From the IMG/VR virus record IMGVR_UViG_3300025770_000656: a stretch of 64,000 bases of DNA, one strand, 5' to 3'. This document shows, one piece after another, positions 1-10,350 of this stretch. Each line of letters starts with the position of its first letter. Within the stretch, counting starts at the first letter, position 1. Below the pieces are notes generated by a model. It made no database searches, was not told where the DNA came from, and saw only the letters and a program-made list of their open reading frames with translations. The stretch comes from a virus. The translations under genes were made by a program, and so were the position numbers.

Positions 1-131
1 GTTATTGTCTACAACAGGATTATAAACCGGAGTTGGTGGGAAAATTTTTAAAGTATTGTAAATTTTATGAGTCAGATCATAACCTAAAATTACTAGAAGT
101 TGCTCCAGAATTACTTGACTCTTTTAACTAG
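1..131 (+). CDS. Partial CDS (C-terminal end, truncated by window edge)
   Basis: Frame starting at nt 3 is open (YCLQQDYKPELVGKFLKYCKFYESDHNLKLLEVAPELLDSFN) to TAG at 129-131. Confidence 0.4.
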   Translation, partial: YCLQQDYKPELVGKFLKYCKFYESDHNLKLLEVAPELLDSFN

Positions 132-482
132 GGTAATATTTTTACGTTTGCTTCGTGTTTTTGCTAGTTCTGCTATATTAACACTGGGTCCAAACTTAAC
201 TTCAACATCTTTTATGTTAAATGTTGTAAGTGTATATGCAAATTTCTTCCAGTCATGCTTTAAAAACAGGTTAATAGGTATACGCTGATTACTTTCCCAC
301 CACCAAATCTCTGCTAGATCTAAAAATTCTTGCACATCATGACTATATAAGGCTTCATAATTATACAGACTTAATACAACTTCATCGCTGTTTTGAATAA
401 TGCCTACATACTCATTTCCGCCATACGTTAGCATGCTTAGAAAAGGGTACTTTTCCTTTATCTCGTCACTTAATCTTGTCAT
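111..482 (-). CDS. Hypothetical phage protein
   Basis: 123 aa ORF with natural composition, divergent from the 507 gene. Confidence 0.65.
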   Translation of the reverse strand: MTRLSDEIKEKYPFLSMLTYGGNEYVGIIQNSDEVVLSLYNYEALYSHDVQEFLDLAEIWWWESNQRIPINLFLKHDWKKFAYTLTTFNIKDVEVKFGPSVNIAELAKTRSKRKNITLVKRVK

Positions 483-490
483 AAATTCTC

Positions 491-498
491 TATAAATA
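491..498 (+). promoter_or_regulatory. T4-type late promoter TATAAATA (representative of a window-wide motif)
   Basis: Exact TATAAATA 8 nt before the ATG at 507. ATAAATA recurs just upstream of genes at about 10400, 14061, 16200, 22584, 29228, 34727, 40531, 43404, 46994, 48645, 52068 and 54841. Matches the T4 gp55-dependent late promoter consensus. Confidence 0.75.
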
Positions 499-506
499 GT
501 ATTATA

Positions 507-1265
507 ATGGGTACCATCACTAGTTACTTATACAAACAAAAATTACAGGTTACAACTACTGATGTGACTGCGGGGAATACTATGAGCATGTTTTATACAC
601 CAAACATCAAAGTTTACAGAGGTATCGATAATCCAGTCAGAGTAAATTTTGTTAACAGAGATCAAAAAAAGACTAGCTTAACAGACAAGACTGTTAGCTT
701 TATAATGATTGATAAAGATACAAATAAGACACTACTTTCCAGGAGTGTTACTAATATTAATGCGCCACTTGGATATGGTGAATTTACACTACGTGATGTA
801 GATACCTATAATTTGGATAGCAAATATTACACGTATAGCTTTAAAGTTACAGACGGCGAGGGTAATGTACAAATTGGATACAGTGATGATAACTATGGTG
901 CTGGCGGTGTACTAGAGCTAGTAGAAGGTGTATATCCAACATTCCAGGCAAGTACAACAGAAGACTTTGGTAATGGCGATACTGGCAGTATAATTTATTT
1001 GGACCCACACGTTAATCGAAATGTAGCATTGCATAGTGCTCAAGTTTACTTTTCAAGTGCATTTACAGGCACACTTACCGTTGCAGGAAGTCTTAACCCC
1101 AGCGGCGGGGGAATCAGTTCAGACGATTTCACAACTATTAGTACTCAAACTTACACATCGCAGACTGATAATGTGGTGTTTAGTTGGAACGGTGTTTACA
1201 GTGCAATACGGTTTACTAGAGCAACAACTTCTGGTACACTTAGTAAAGTACTGTATCGCCCATGA
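507..1265 (+). CDS. Probable virion structural protein (BppU-like N-terminal Ig-type domain)
   Basis: Late promoter, Thr/Ser/Gly-rich beta composition, VYRGIDNPVRVNFVNRDQK...YTYSFKVTD pattern. Confidence 0.5.
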   Translation: MGTITSYLYKQKLQVTTTDVTAGNTMSMFYTPNIKVYRGIDNPVRVNFVNRDQKKTSLTDKTVSFIMIDKDTNKTLLSRSVTNINAPLGYGEFTLRDVDTYNLDSKYYTYSFKVTDGEGNVQIGYSDDNYGAGGVLELVEGVYPTFQASTTEDFGNGDTGSIIYLDPHVNRNVALHSAQVYFSSAFTGTLTVAGSLNPSGGGISSDDFTTISTQTYTSQTDNVVFSWNGVYSAIRFTRATTSGTLSKVLYRP

Positions 1266-1933
1266 CCCTAGTAGGATTTGGTTGTAGTTTTACATACGGC
1301 AGTGAATTATTAAATCCAGAACTAGAAGATAGTTGGGATCGTCATAATGACAATACTCCTTATAGAGAAAAGCATACATGGTTGGGACAATTAGCTGAAA
1401 GGCTGGATTGTAAAGCAATAAATTTAGCAGAACCGGGTTGCAGTAATTATGCATTACAAGAAAATTTTGCAAAATATGTTCATGAAAATGATTGCTCTAA
1501 TATAATAATTGCTGTAGCTTGGACAAATCATTTACGCTATAGTTGGTGGAGTGATGATCAACAACGTTGGGTACATGATGGCTTTATACGTTACAACAAT
1601 GATAATGATGAATTATTTATGGATAGTTTTAAGGAATGGCTAGCCTTAAGTTATGATCGCAGCGAACAGATAACTAAAAATGCAAAGTTGTTTGTTAATA
1701 GCGTTTGCCAAAGTCATGGAATAAAATTAATACAGTTTGACGCACTACCAAATGTAAATGGCCATTATGGTAATTTCCATCAACAAGGCAGAAATATGTT
1801 GGATGTATTAAAAAAAGAAGCTGAACGCTTAGATAGAACATTCATTACTGCTGGTGATCATCCTACTGAAGCAGGGCATGCATATTATGCTAAATTGCTA
1901 CATTCATGGATAAGGGCTAAGAAAAATGTATAA
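1262..1933 (+). CDS. SGNH/GDSL hydrolase-like protein
   Basis: N-terminal GCSFTYG block, PGCSN, C-terminal DHP catalytic motif. Confidence 0.6.
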   Translation: MTLVGFGCSFTYGSELLNPELEDSWDRHNDNTPYREKHTWLGQLAERLDCKAINLAEPGCSNYALQENFAKYVHENDCSNIIIAVAWTNHLRYSWWSDDQQRWVHDGFIRYNNDNDELFMDSFKEWLALSYDRSEQITKNAKLFVNSVCQSHGIKLIQFDALPNVNGHYGNFHQQGRNMLDVLKKEAERLDRTFITAGDHPTEAGHAYYAKLLHSWIRAKKNV

Positions 1934-2708
1934 TAGATTCTTTGCCTTCGGATGTAGTTTTACACTTTACAAATGGCCAACATGGGCTGATTATTTGTAT
2001 GCAGGAGGTATAGCAGAAGCATACGAAAACTGGGCTCTACCTGGCGGCAGTAATGATTTTGTATTTCATAGCTTAATTGAATGTAGCAGTTTGCGTGGCA
2101 TAACAGCAGAAGATTATGTAGCCATAATGTGGAGTCAGCCTTGGCGTATCGCAGATTACACAAACGAACAAGGTTGGGACATGCCTGGTAATGCATATTT
2201 GTATCAACCCAAAGAGCGTGTAAAATATCTACATGAAGATCAAATAGCTCTAGAGAATCAAACGTATTTTAGAGCCTCTATTAACATGCTACAAGCAATA
2301 GGATGTGACTTTACGTTCACTAGCATGGAAAGAATTGATTTACAATTTGAGGATGTGTACGCTACTCAAGATTATTTTAAACCTAGTATGGCAGAGTTTC
2401 TAGGTTACACAGGCCCTAATGAAACGGATTGGAAAGAAACACTACCTGGAGATAGACATCCTAGTCCTAGAGAACATGCAAGTTTTGCTAAAACTTTAGA
2501 TACAAGTTTAAATCATTCATTAATAGACAAACTTTGTGATGCTAGTGAAAGTTACATATTTGAAAGTGATCGTCCCCACAGACAAGAGATTACAGTATTT
2601 CCAGAAAAAATACCACAAGACAGGTTGCCAAATGTTGAAAGTAAAGTTAATTCAGGTTCGGGAAGTTTAATTGATGTCAATAGAATTCAGCCTTTCGACT
2701 GGGAATGA
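1926..2708 (+). CDS. SGNH/GDSL hydrolase-like protein
   Basis: FGCSFT, PGGSN and DRHP motifs. Confidence 0.55.
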   Translation: MYNRFFAFGCSFTLYKWPTWADYLYAGGIAEAYENWALPGGSNDFVFHSLIECSSLRGITAEDYVAIMWSQPWRIADYTNEQGWDMPGNAYLYQPKERVKYLHEDQIALENQTYFRASINMLQAIGCDFTFTSMERIDLQFEDVYATQDYFKPSMAEFLGYTGPNETDWKETLPGDRHPSPREHASFAKTLDTSLNHSLIDKLCDASESYIFESDRPHRQEITVFPEKIPQDRLPNVESKVNSGSGSLIDVNRIQPFDWE

Positions 2709-3732
2709 ACATTATAGTCAGTTAACTCCGCAGGGTAATATGTTGCGTGAGTTGCTGGAACTTATACCTAAAACAAAAGACCTTTGGTATGCTGACACTT
2801 TTAGTTTGCCTGAATTTGGTGCTCTTAAAAAGTATTATACTGGAACTGTTGTACTGTACTGTTGGTGGGATCCGGCAGATGATCGCATATCCAATCAAAT
2901 TGATAACATGGATTTAGATTTTATAATTATAACCAGTGACCCAGAATTATTACCAGTGCATCCTAGGATACATCCTATCAAATGGGAAAAGCAATACGGA
3001 TTTCACATGGATTTAATACGGACAGAGCCCTGGTATGAGCTTGAGGATAGACGAGAATTTTTATGTATGATGCGTAACCATAAACCTGAACGATTAATGT
3101 TCCTAGAAGAACTATGGAAACGTGATTTAATAAGAGAAAACTTTATAAGTTATCTGGGTCAGGTTAATACAAAAGCTATACATGGAAGAACAAACAGACC
3201 CATTGCAGAGATAGTTAGCCAGCAATATCAGGCTGATACTGACTTTACATACACTCCAGGTGCAGAGTTTGCTGGTTGGTTAGAAGATAATATACCCATA
3301 TTATTACCAGATGATCAAACGTTAACAAACGAAAATAATACTGACTTTTTTACTACGGGCAACCCAGACTGGTATGCCTGGACCAAGTACAGCATTGTTT
3401 TAGAAACATACTGGGCTCGTACACAATTTTTAACTGAAAAGTCTTTTAAGCCTATAGTAGCTCAACATCCATTCGTTAACCTGGGCAATAACAGTAACCA
3501 GCTATTGGAAAGTCTGGGCTTTGATGTTTTTCCAGAGCTTGGCTGTGACATGTATGACGGCATGCTAACACAAAAAAAAGTGGAGTATGTTGTTAAAGAA
3601 ACATGTGTAGAAACATGTGTAGAATTCGATCCTGGGCGTGTTAAGCACAATTATCAGCAGGGATTTAACTTACTTGATCAAGCTAGAGCTGAGCAAAAAC
3701 ATATCGCAAAACTAGTTAAAGATATATTATAA
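2671..3732 (+). CDS. Putative glycosyltransferase-like protein (start uncertain: 2705 or 2740)
   Basis: C-terminal YSIVLET...FLTEKSFKPI..HPF motif resembling GT10-like phage proteins. Confidence 0.45.
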   Translation: MMSIEFSLSTGNEHYSQLTPQGNMLRELLELIPKTKDLWYADTFSLPEFGALKKYYTGTVVLYCWWDPADDRISNQIDNMDLDFIIITSDPELLPVHPRIHPIKWEKQYGFHMDLIRTEPWYELEDRREFLCMMRNHKPERLMFLEELWKRDLIRENFISYLGQVNTKAIHGRTNRPIAEIVSQQYQADTDFTYTPGAEFAGWLEDNIPILLPDDQTLTNENNTDFFTTGNPDWYAWTKYSIVLETYWARTQFLTEKSFKPIVAQHPFVNLGNNSNQLLESLGFDVFPELGCDMYDGMLTQKKVEYVVKETCVETCVEFDPGRVKHNYQQGFNLLDQARAEQKHIAKLVKDIL

Positions 3733-3739
3733 TAATACT

Positions 3740-4540
3740 ATGAAATTGTTATTTAATGACAAATCTAGTATAGAAATTAAAACTCGTGACTGCCTAGCTT
3801 GGTCTGAAGTACATACAATGTATAGGCATCTTCAGCATGTTGATATTCCTTTTAAAGAGTGGGACAATCCCTGCTATACATCACAGCACAGTTTTAAAAG
3901 TTTAGTAGATAAGTTAGCACATTTTGGTAAACTGTTGGACATAAACATAGACATATCGCGATGTTTAGAATTAGACCAAACTTACTATAACGAAATACAT
4001 AAAATATATGAAGATAATTATAACGGAACCCCAGCATGGTTAGATTTCCACGAACATATACATATATGTGAACGAAAAAATCCAAAGATTTCTAGTACAA
4101 TCAAATTTGATTGGCGTGAAAAGGCAGGCCCGTTAATAAAAAAAATTAATAAAGACTTATATACTGACCTAACTACTAAGATTGCCGCTGGTGACGTGTT
4201 TACAAAGTGGTCAGAATTAGGCAAAACTCCTTACCTATATTGGAAGGATGGCGAGCCCAACAATATTAGACGTATTTGTGAGTTAGCTAAACCCTGGGAT
4301 AAACTTAACCCTGTGCTTTGTATAGCTATGCAGGATATAGATCTATTAGACAACAATGATGTTAATGGGTTTAACAAATGGTGGAAGATTTATGAAAACA
4401 ACTGGTGCAAGCATTGGCAAATTGAAAAATGGTCATTACAAGATATGCGTGGAGTTCTTGTATACGGGACGATTGACAATGTCGAATTATTAAAGTATAA
4501 TCTTATGCATAACATCTCTCCAGTTAGAATTAGTCTATGA
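3740..4540 (+). CDS. Hypothetical protein
   Basis: 266 aa ORF coupled (ATGA overlap) to the primase. Confidence 0.6.
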   Translation: MKLLFNDKSSIEIKTRDCLAWSEVHTMYRHLQHVDIPFKEWDNPCYTSQHSFKSLVDKLAHFGKLLDINIDISRCLELDQTYYNEIHKIYEDNYNGTPAWLDFHEHIHICERKNPKISSTIKFDWREKAGPLIKKINKDLYTDLTTKIAAGDVFTKWSELGKTPYLYWKDGEPNNIRRICELAKPWDKLNPVLCIAMQDIDLLDNNDVNGFNKWWKIYENNWCKHWQIEKWSLQDMRGVLVYGTIDNVELLKYNLMHNISPVRISL

Positions 4541-5502
4541 ACTCTATACAACAAACTGTATTGGATAATCTACCTAGGTTAAAGCGTAGTCCTGGCGGAT
4601 GGTATACATTTAATGCTGTATGTTGTCATCACAATGCTGAAAGCATGGATAAAAAAGGCAGAGGTGGTGTAATTACAGATGGCGAAGCTGTAACGTATCA
4701 CTGTTTTAACTGTGGCTATAAGACTGGATGGAGACCTGGTAGGCATATAAGTTACAAGTTTCGCAAACTACTAGACTGGATGGGCGTAGCGGAGAACGAA
4801 CGACAACGCATGGTTGTTGAAGCACTGCGTATTAAAGAAACTGTAGTTATTAAAGAAGAGGAAGCTGAGCCAGAGTTTACTATTGAATTTAAAGATCGTG
4901 TACTTCCACAAGATTGTGTGCCATTATCAGAAGCACCACAAGAGTTACAAGACTATGCATTAAGCAGAAGTATGCCCATAGACCAGTTACGATGGAGCGA
5001 TACAAAGCCAGGAAGAATGTACAGACGTATTATTATCCCTTGCAGTTGGCAAGGGCGTGTAATAGGCTCAACAGCTAGAGCAGTTGACGAAAAAACAAAG
5101 CCCAAGTACTTTAATAACTATGACAGTAATTATGTATATGGTATAGATAGACAGGTAATAGGGGGAAAGTTCAGTGTGGTATGTGAAGGAGTTATCGATG
5201 CGCTCACTATTGGTGGTGTTGCTACACTTACCAATAGATGCAATGACACCCAGGCACAAATTATTGATACACTGGGCAGGGAAATTGTGTTGGTACCTGA
5301 CAGAGACAAAGCAGGACAGAAGTTAATAGACGATGCACTAGAGTATGGCTGGAGTGTTAGTTTTCCTGAATGGGAGGCTGACGTAAAAGACATTAATGCT
5401 GCTGTTATACGTTATGGTAAATTGTTTACACTAAAGAGTATCATTGATGCTAAACAAACTAATAGTTTAAAGATTAATTTAATGAGAAAACAGTATGGTT
5501 AG
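4537..5502 (+). CDS. DNA primase (T4 gp61-like)
   Basis: N-terminal Zn-binding CCHH...CFNC; TOPRIM VCEGVIDA, PDRD and KDIN motifs. Confidence 0.85.
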   Translation: MNSIQQTVLDNLPRLKRSPGGWYTFNAVCCHHNAESMDKKGRGGVITDGEAVTYHCFNCGYKTGWRPGRHISYKFRKLLDWMGVAENERQRMVVEALRIKETVVIKEEEAEPEFTIEFKDRVLPQDCVPLSEAPQELQDYALSRSMPIDQLRWSDTKPGRMYRRIIIPCSWQGRVIGSTARAVDEKTKPKYFNNYDSNYVYGIDRQVIGGKFSVVCEGVIDALTIGGVATLTNRCNDTQAQIIDTLGREIVLVPDRDKAGQKLIDDALEYGWSVSFPEWEADVKDINAAVIRYGKLFTLKSIIDAKQTNSLKINLMRKQYG

Positions 5503-6397
5503 TTTACATGTAGAACCAACTAGTAGATGTACATTAGCTTGTCCTCGTTGCGAGAGAACAGAGTTGCTATCTAAATTTGGTAAAAAGGCATTGCCTATTA
5601 ACGATCTTAATATTAATGACTTTAAAACTTTCATTGATATTGATATTGATAATATTAATTTTTGTGGAAATCTTGGTGATCCTATATATCATAAAAACTT
5701 TTTAGAATTAGTAAAAGAAAGTAAACTAGTTGCTAAAGCTGTTAATATTACTACTAACGGCAGTCGTAAAAGCAGAGCATGGTGGAAAAAACTTAATGCA
5801 ATACTAGACGATAAAGACACAGTAACATTTAGCATTGATGGTACTCCAGATAACTTTACACGTTATCGTATTAACGGCGATTGGCCTAGTATTCGTGTTG
5901 GTATAGACGAATGCGTATTAGGCTCAGTAAGAGTAGTATGGAAATATATTCCATTTAAGTTTAATGAAAATGATATGGAATATACACGTTTACTATCAAA
6001 TGAACTAGGAATAGACGAGTTTGAAGTTCATCCTAGTGACAGATGGAATGAAGCTGACGAGAGTATTAACACTCTACGTCCTACGCTAGAGTCGTTAGTA
6101 GCCTCTAGGGATATTGTACAAAGAAAATTTGAAACTACTACATCAAGAGATTTTGTTATAGATCCTAGGTGTAAGAATAACAAAGAGCATTTTATCAGCA
6201 GTGACGGCTACTATTCGCCATGCTGTTTTAGCAAACACTATAACTTTCATTATAAGAGTCAATGGCATAAAAATAAAGAGGATCATGTCATTAAAACTAG
6301 TAAATTAAGTAATCAGATATCTTATTTTAATAATTTTTATGCTACAATACAGACTAGTAAACCAGACTATTGTATCTTTAATTGCGGGAGATGCTAA
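5495..6397 (+). CDS. Radical SAM protein with C-terminal SPASM/twitch-like Cys cluster
   Basis: CTLACPRC (CxxxCxxC), FCGNLGDP, TTNGS, FSIDG; distal C...PCC...CIFNC. Confidence 0.85.
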   Translation: MVSLHVEPTSRCTLACPRCERTELLSKFGKKALPINDLNINDFKTFIDIDIDNINFCGNLGDPIYHKNFLELVKESKLVAKAVNITTNGSRKSRAWWKKLNAILDDKDTVTFSIDGTPDNFTRYRINGDWPSIRVGIDECVLGSVRVVWKYIPFKFNENDMEYTRLLSNELGIDEFEVHPSDRWNEADESINTLRPTLESLVASRDIVQRKFETTTSRDFVIDPRCKNNKEHFISSDGYYSPCCFSKHYNFHYKSQWHKNKEDHVIKTSKLSNQISYFNNFYATIQTSKPDYCIFNCGRC

Positions 6398-7008
6398 TGT
6401 TATATATTAATGGGTGTTCGTGGACTGACAGTTTTATATTTAGAGATTCATTGTCAAACAATGACATACTTGTAATTAACAATGCTGCAAGTGGCAACAG
6501 CAATTTTCAAATTTGTCGACAAACAAAATATGACTTAAAGAATTTTAGCAAACATTTTGATAAAATAACAGCAATAATTTTTCTTACAGAAGCATTTAGA
6601 TCTGAATATGAATATAAAATGGCCAAAGGCCCAGGAAGCCTCCAAGATTTAGCGAGTAAGAGTTTACATCAAATGAAAAAAGCAATTGACTCTTCATTGC
6701 CTAATAATGTTAACATAATATATTCATCTAGTTTTGTAGATCTTCCCTGGGAAACAAACTTTCCAAGTATGTTAACACTGGCATGCAAGGCACATGGAAT
6801 AATTCAAGAAGAAACTCAGTGTTACACTACTAAAGTAATTAAGGTTCAGAAAATTCATGAACTTAAACCTAATCTTAAAGATTTAGATATTATTATTGAT
6901 AGATTAAACACTATTGAAAAAATTCCTAATCAACAGAATTACCACATAAAGGATTCTATATCATATACTGCCGTAGTTAAACAAATTCAAGAGGTATTAA
7001 ATGGCTAA
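6382..7008 (+). CDS. SGNH-like protein (divergent)
   Basis: YINGCSWT and NAASGNSN blocks. Confidence 0.45.
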   Translation: MREMLMLYINGCSWTDSFIFRDSLSNNDILVINNAASGNSNFQICRQTKYDLKNFSKHFDKITAIIFLTEAFRSEYEYKMAKGPGSLQDLASKSLHQMKKAIDSSLPNNVNIIYSSSFVDLPWETNFPSMLTLACKAHGIIQEETQCYTTKVIKVQKIHELKPNLKDLDIIIDRLNTIEKIPNQQNYHIKDSISYTAVVKQIQEVLNG

Positions 7009-8389
7009 AGAATATACACCAGACTTACAAAAACTATTCATTGAGATGATGATGCAAGATGCACAGAACTATGTAAGAGTGCAAAACATCTTTAATGTAG
7101 AAAACTTTGATCGTAGTTTAAAAGATGCGGCTGAGTTTATTAAGAGTCATTGCACTAATCACACAGCAATGCCTACATATGAACAGCTAAATGCAGCAAC
7201 TGGTGTAAACGCAAAGCCTATTCCAGACATGGCAGATGGACATAATGATTGGTTCTTGGAAGAGTTTGAAGGCTTTACAAAGCGTCAAGAACTAGAACGT
7301 GCCATACTTAAAGCGGCAGACATGCTGGAAAAAGGCACATATGATCCAGTGGAAAAACTGATCAAGGATGCAGTACAAATTAGTTTAACCAAAGATCTAG
7401 GTACAAGTTACTTTGACAACCCTAGAGAACGACTAATGAAGTTAAAGGATAATAACGGACAAGTAAGCACAGGTTGGCCAGCACTGGATCGTAAACTATT
7501 TGGCGGCATGAACAAAGGTGAACTTAACATCTTTGCAGGCGGCAGTGGCAGTGGTAAAAGTTTGTTTATGCAGAACTTAGCAGTTAACTGGGTTACAAGC
7601 GGGCTCAGTGGTGTGTATGTAAGTTTAGAACTAAGTGAAGAACTTAGTGCAATGCGTATTGATAGTATGCTTACAAATGTTAGCACCAAGGAAATATTTA
7701 AAGACTTAGACACTGTGGAAATGAAAGTTAAAATGGTTGGCAAGAAATCTGGCACACTACAGATTAAATACTTGCCAGCACAGAGTACAGTAAATGATAT
7801 ACGTGCATACTTAAAAGAATTGGAGATAACAAAAGATCTTAAAGCAGACTTTGTGCTTATTGATTACTTGGATTTGGTTATGCCAGTTAGTGCTAAAGTA
7901 AGTCCCAATGACTTGTTTGTTAAAGACAAGTACGTCAGTGAGGAACTACGTAACCTAGCAAAGGAATTACAGTGTATCTTTGTAACAGCTAGTCAGTTAA
8001 ATCGCGGTGCAGTAGAAGAGATTGAGTTTGATCACAGCCATATTGCTGGCGGACTTAGTAAGATTAATACAGCAGATAACGTGTTTGGTATCTTTACAAG
8101 TAGAGCAATGCGAGAACGTGGACGCTATCAACTACAACTTATGAAAACACGTAGTAGTAGTGGTGTTGGCAGTAAAGTTGATTTAGAGTTTGATTTAGAA
8201 AGTCTGCGTATTAGAGACCTGGGAGAAGATGAAGATACCAGCAAAGAACGTGGTAACATCATGGGCCAGCTTAAAGACAAGTCTGATGCGTCTGCTGGAA
8301 GTGGTGATGCGGAGGTAGGTAAAATTACTGCTAATGTACAAAGCAGTAAACTAAAAGATATGCTAGCGAGTTTAAAGCAGAATGACTGA
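7001..8389 (+). CDS. Replicative DNA helicase (T4 gp41/DnaB-like)
   Basis: Walker A GGSGSGKS, SLELSE, Walker B LIDYLD, TASQLNR, QLMKTRSS. Confidence 0.92.
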   Translation: MAKEYTPDLQKLFIEMMMQDAQNYVRVQNIFNVENFDRSLKDAAEFIKSHCTNHTAMPTYEQLNAATGVNAKPIPDMADGHNDWFLEEFEGFTKRQELERAILKAADMLEKGTYDPVEKLIKDAVQISLTKDLGTSYFDNPRERLMKLKDNNGQVSTGWPALDRKLFGGMNKGELNIFAGGSGSGKSLFMQNLAVNWVTSGLSGVYVSLELSEELSAMRIDSMLTNVSTKEIFKDLDTVEMKVKMVGKKSGTLQIKYLPAQSTVNDIRAYLKELEITKDLKADFVLIDYLDLVMPVSAKVSPNDLFVKDKYVSEELRNLAKELQCIFVTASQLNRGAVEEIEFDHSHIAGGLSKINTADNVFGIFTSRAMRERGRYQLQLMKTRSSSGVGSKVDLEFDLESLRIRDLGEDEDTSKERGNIMGQLKDKSDASAGSGDAEVGKITANVQSSKLKDMLASLKQND

Positions 8390-9527
8390 TGATATAAAGT
8401 CACAGCCTGGATTTTGCTACGATATATTCAAAAATCAAGCCTTTTGGAGTACACGAAACACAATAGGATACAATCCTTGCTGTAATTACGATGGTTATAT
8501 CGCAACAGATATTACGCCTGAACAGGCATGGCTCGGTGCAGAACATTTTGCCATTATTGACAGTGTAGCGCGAGGAGAACTTGTACCAGGCTGTCATAAC
8601 TGTTATCGAGCAGAACAAGCAGGACTTGTTAGTAGACGCATGGGTAGTAAAGAACTGTACGAAAACTATCACAAAGACGCCGACATAACTCTCACTGATA
8701 CGCCCAGAGCATTAGATTATAGTGTAGGTAACTTGTGTAATCTTAAATGCACTATTTGTGGACCTAGCAACAGCAGTAAATGGATTAGCGATTGGGCTAA
8801 ACTTTATCCTAATACAAACATAGACAATTTTTTATACAGGAAAGATCAATATGTAAAGATTGATGATTTAGAATATCTTAAAAATATTAGAAGCGTTCAC
8901 TTTCATGGTGGTGGCGATCCTTTGCTCAGTGATGCACATGTAAAACTATTACAAAACATTGAAGCCAGTAAAGGGTTAAGCGATGTTAGAGTATTTTACA
9001 ATATTAATGCTACTAACCGTGTGAGTGACGATGTTCTAGATCTTTGGAGTAGGTGTGATATTGTAGAACTATATTTTAGCATTGATGATGTAGAAGATAG
9101 ATTTGAATACCAACGTACCGGTGCATTATGGCAAGACACTGTAGACATTATGCAATGGTATCATGAACATATGCCAGTTAATCATTTGTTTTATATTAAC
9201 TGCACTTGGGGATACCTTAACCTATATTATCTAGATGAATTGTACAATTGGTATAAAGAAAGTTTTAGTGAAAATAGGCTAGGCGATCCAGTTAAATTAA
9301 TATTTCAAAAATGTTTAGGCACATACAGTTTAGATTGGGTAAGTGCAAAAACTATGCAAGTACTAAAAGATAAATTCAAACCGTATCCTGAAATATACGG
9401 GCTACTTGCAATATTAGATATACAAGAAAAACCGCATACAACGTTTTGGGATATAGTAAGTCGTACAGACAAAATCCGTAATCTCAACTTCCGCAACCTT
9501 TGTTCTGAATGGAGTAAATTATTATGA
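8382..9527 (+). CDS. Radical SAM protein with N-terminal twitch-like Cys motifs
   Basis: PCC...CHNC, then CNLKCTIC; HFHGGGDPL; YFSID. Confidence 0.85.
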   Translation: MTDDIKSQPGFCYDIFKNQAFWSTRNTIGYNPCCNYDGYIATDITPEQAWLGAEHFAIIDSVARGELVPGCHNCYRAEQAGLVSRRMGSKELYENYHKDADITLTDTPRALDYSVGNLCNLKCTICGPSNSSKWISDWAKLYPNTNIDNFLYRKDQYVKIDDLEYLKNIRSVHFHGGGDPLLSDAHVKLLQNIEASKGLSDVRVFYNINATNRVSDDVLDLWSRCDIVELYFSIDDVEDRFEYQRTGALWQDTVDIMQWYHEHMPVNHLFYINCTWGYLNLYYLDELYNWYKESFSENRLGDPVKLIFQKCLGTYSLDWVSAKTMQVLKDKFKPYPEIYGLLAILDIQEKPHTTFWDIVSRTDKIRNLNFRNLCSEWSKLL

Positions 9528-9640
9528 AAATATTATGCTCGGGAAATTCTGATCATAAAACTATTGCTAGTGGAGTAGTTCAGATATACAATAAAAGTAA
9601 TTATTTTCTTGGTATTGGATTTTCTAACTTGTTAATGTAG
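9524..9640 (+). pseudogene. Truncated remnant of a probable Rossmann-fold (SDR-like) gene
   Basis: ATGA-coupled start MKILCSGNSDHKTIASGVVQIY resembles a beta1-alphaA dinucleotide-binding start, then runs into the 3' end of the opposing lipase gene and stops after 38 aa. Confidence 0.4.
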
Positions 9641-10350
9641 TGATTAATACTATGATCACTTAGTCCATCAAGCAATGACCATTGTTTAGCAGCCGCCCAG
9701 CGTCCTCGTAAACCATCTTTAGTACGTTGCCAAAAAGTAGCACTTCTAAAATCGCCATAGTAGTTAATATACTGTAACTTGCCACAGTGTCTATAACCCA
9801 TGATCCACAGTGGAACTTTAGGAACAATATCGTTATTATTAACAAATCGTTGGTAATTAAAATCACTGTTAACATTTACCCAGCGTTTATTTCCTACTCT
9901 GGGACTGCCGTAGGTATAAACATTTTTTACACGATTTTTTAATCTGCTAGCAGCAATAGTTGCCATACCGCCGCCCAAACTATGTCCGGTTATATGCAAA
10001 GTTTTGTCCTTAGCTTTACCTTTGTTAATGTATGTGGTAATTTCATCCCATATCTTTTTAAGTTCATCATAGAATCCGTCATGCACTTTGCCTACAGTTA
10101 TTTGACTCTTGTGTTTCCATGCTTTAAGATCAGCTATTACATCTTTTACCTGAGTAGGTTCTGTACCTCTAAAAGCCAGTGTTATTTCCTTTGTATTCTC
10201 AAAAATCATGCACTGAGCACTTTCAAAACTAATTAACTTAGCTTTTGAGTATCCTAACTCTTTTAACTCTTCTTTGGTTGCTTTATCTCTGTATGCTATA
10301 GCACTACATCGGGCATAGTGTATAGCTAAAACTCTATTAGATCGATTCAT
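9601..10350 (-). CDS. Class 3 lipase (alpha/beta hydrolase)
   Basis: LAFRGTE, VHDGF, GHSLGG nucleophile, YTYGSPRVG, NNNDIVP, DHS. Confidence 0.9.
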   Translation of the reverse strand: MNRSNRVLAIHYARCSAIAYRDKATKEELKELGYSKAKLISFESAQCMIFENTKEITLAFRGTEPTQVKDVIADLKAWKHKSQITVGKVHDGFYDELKKIWDEITTYINKGKAKDKTLHITGHSLGGGMATIAASRLKNRVKNVYTYGSPRVGNKRWVNVNSDFNYQRFVNNNDIVPKVPLWIMGYRHCGKLQYINYYGDFRSATFWQRTKDGLRGRWAAAKQWSLLDGLSDHSINHYINKLENPIPRK

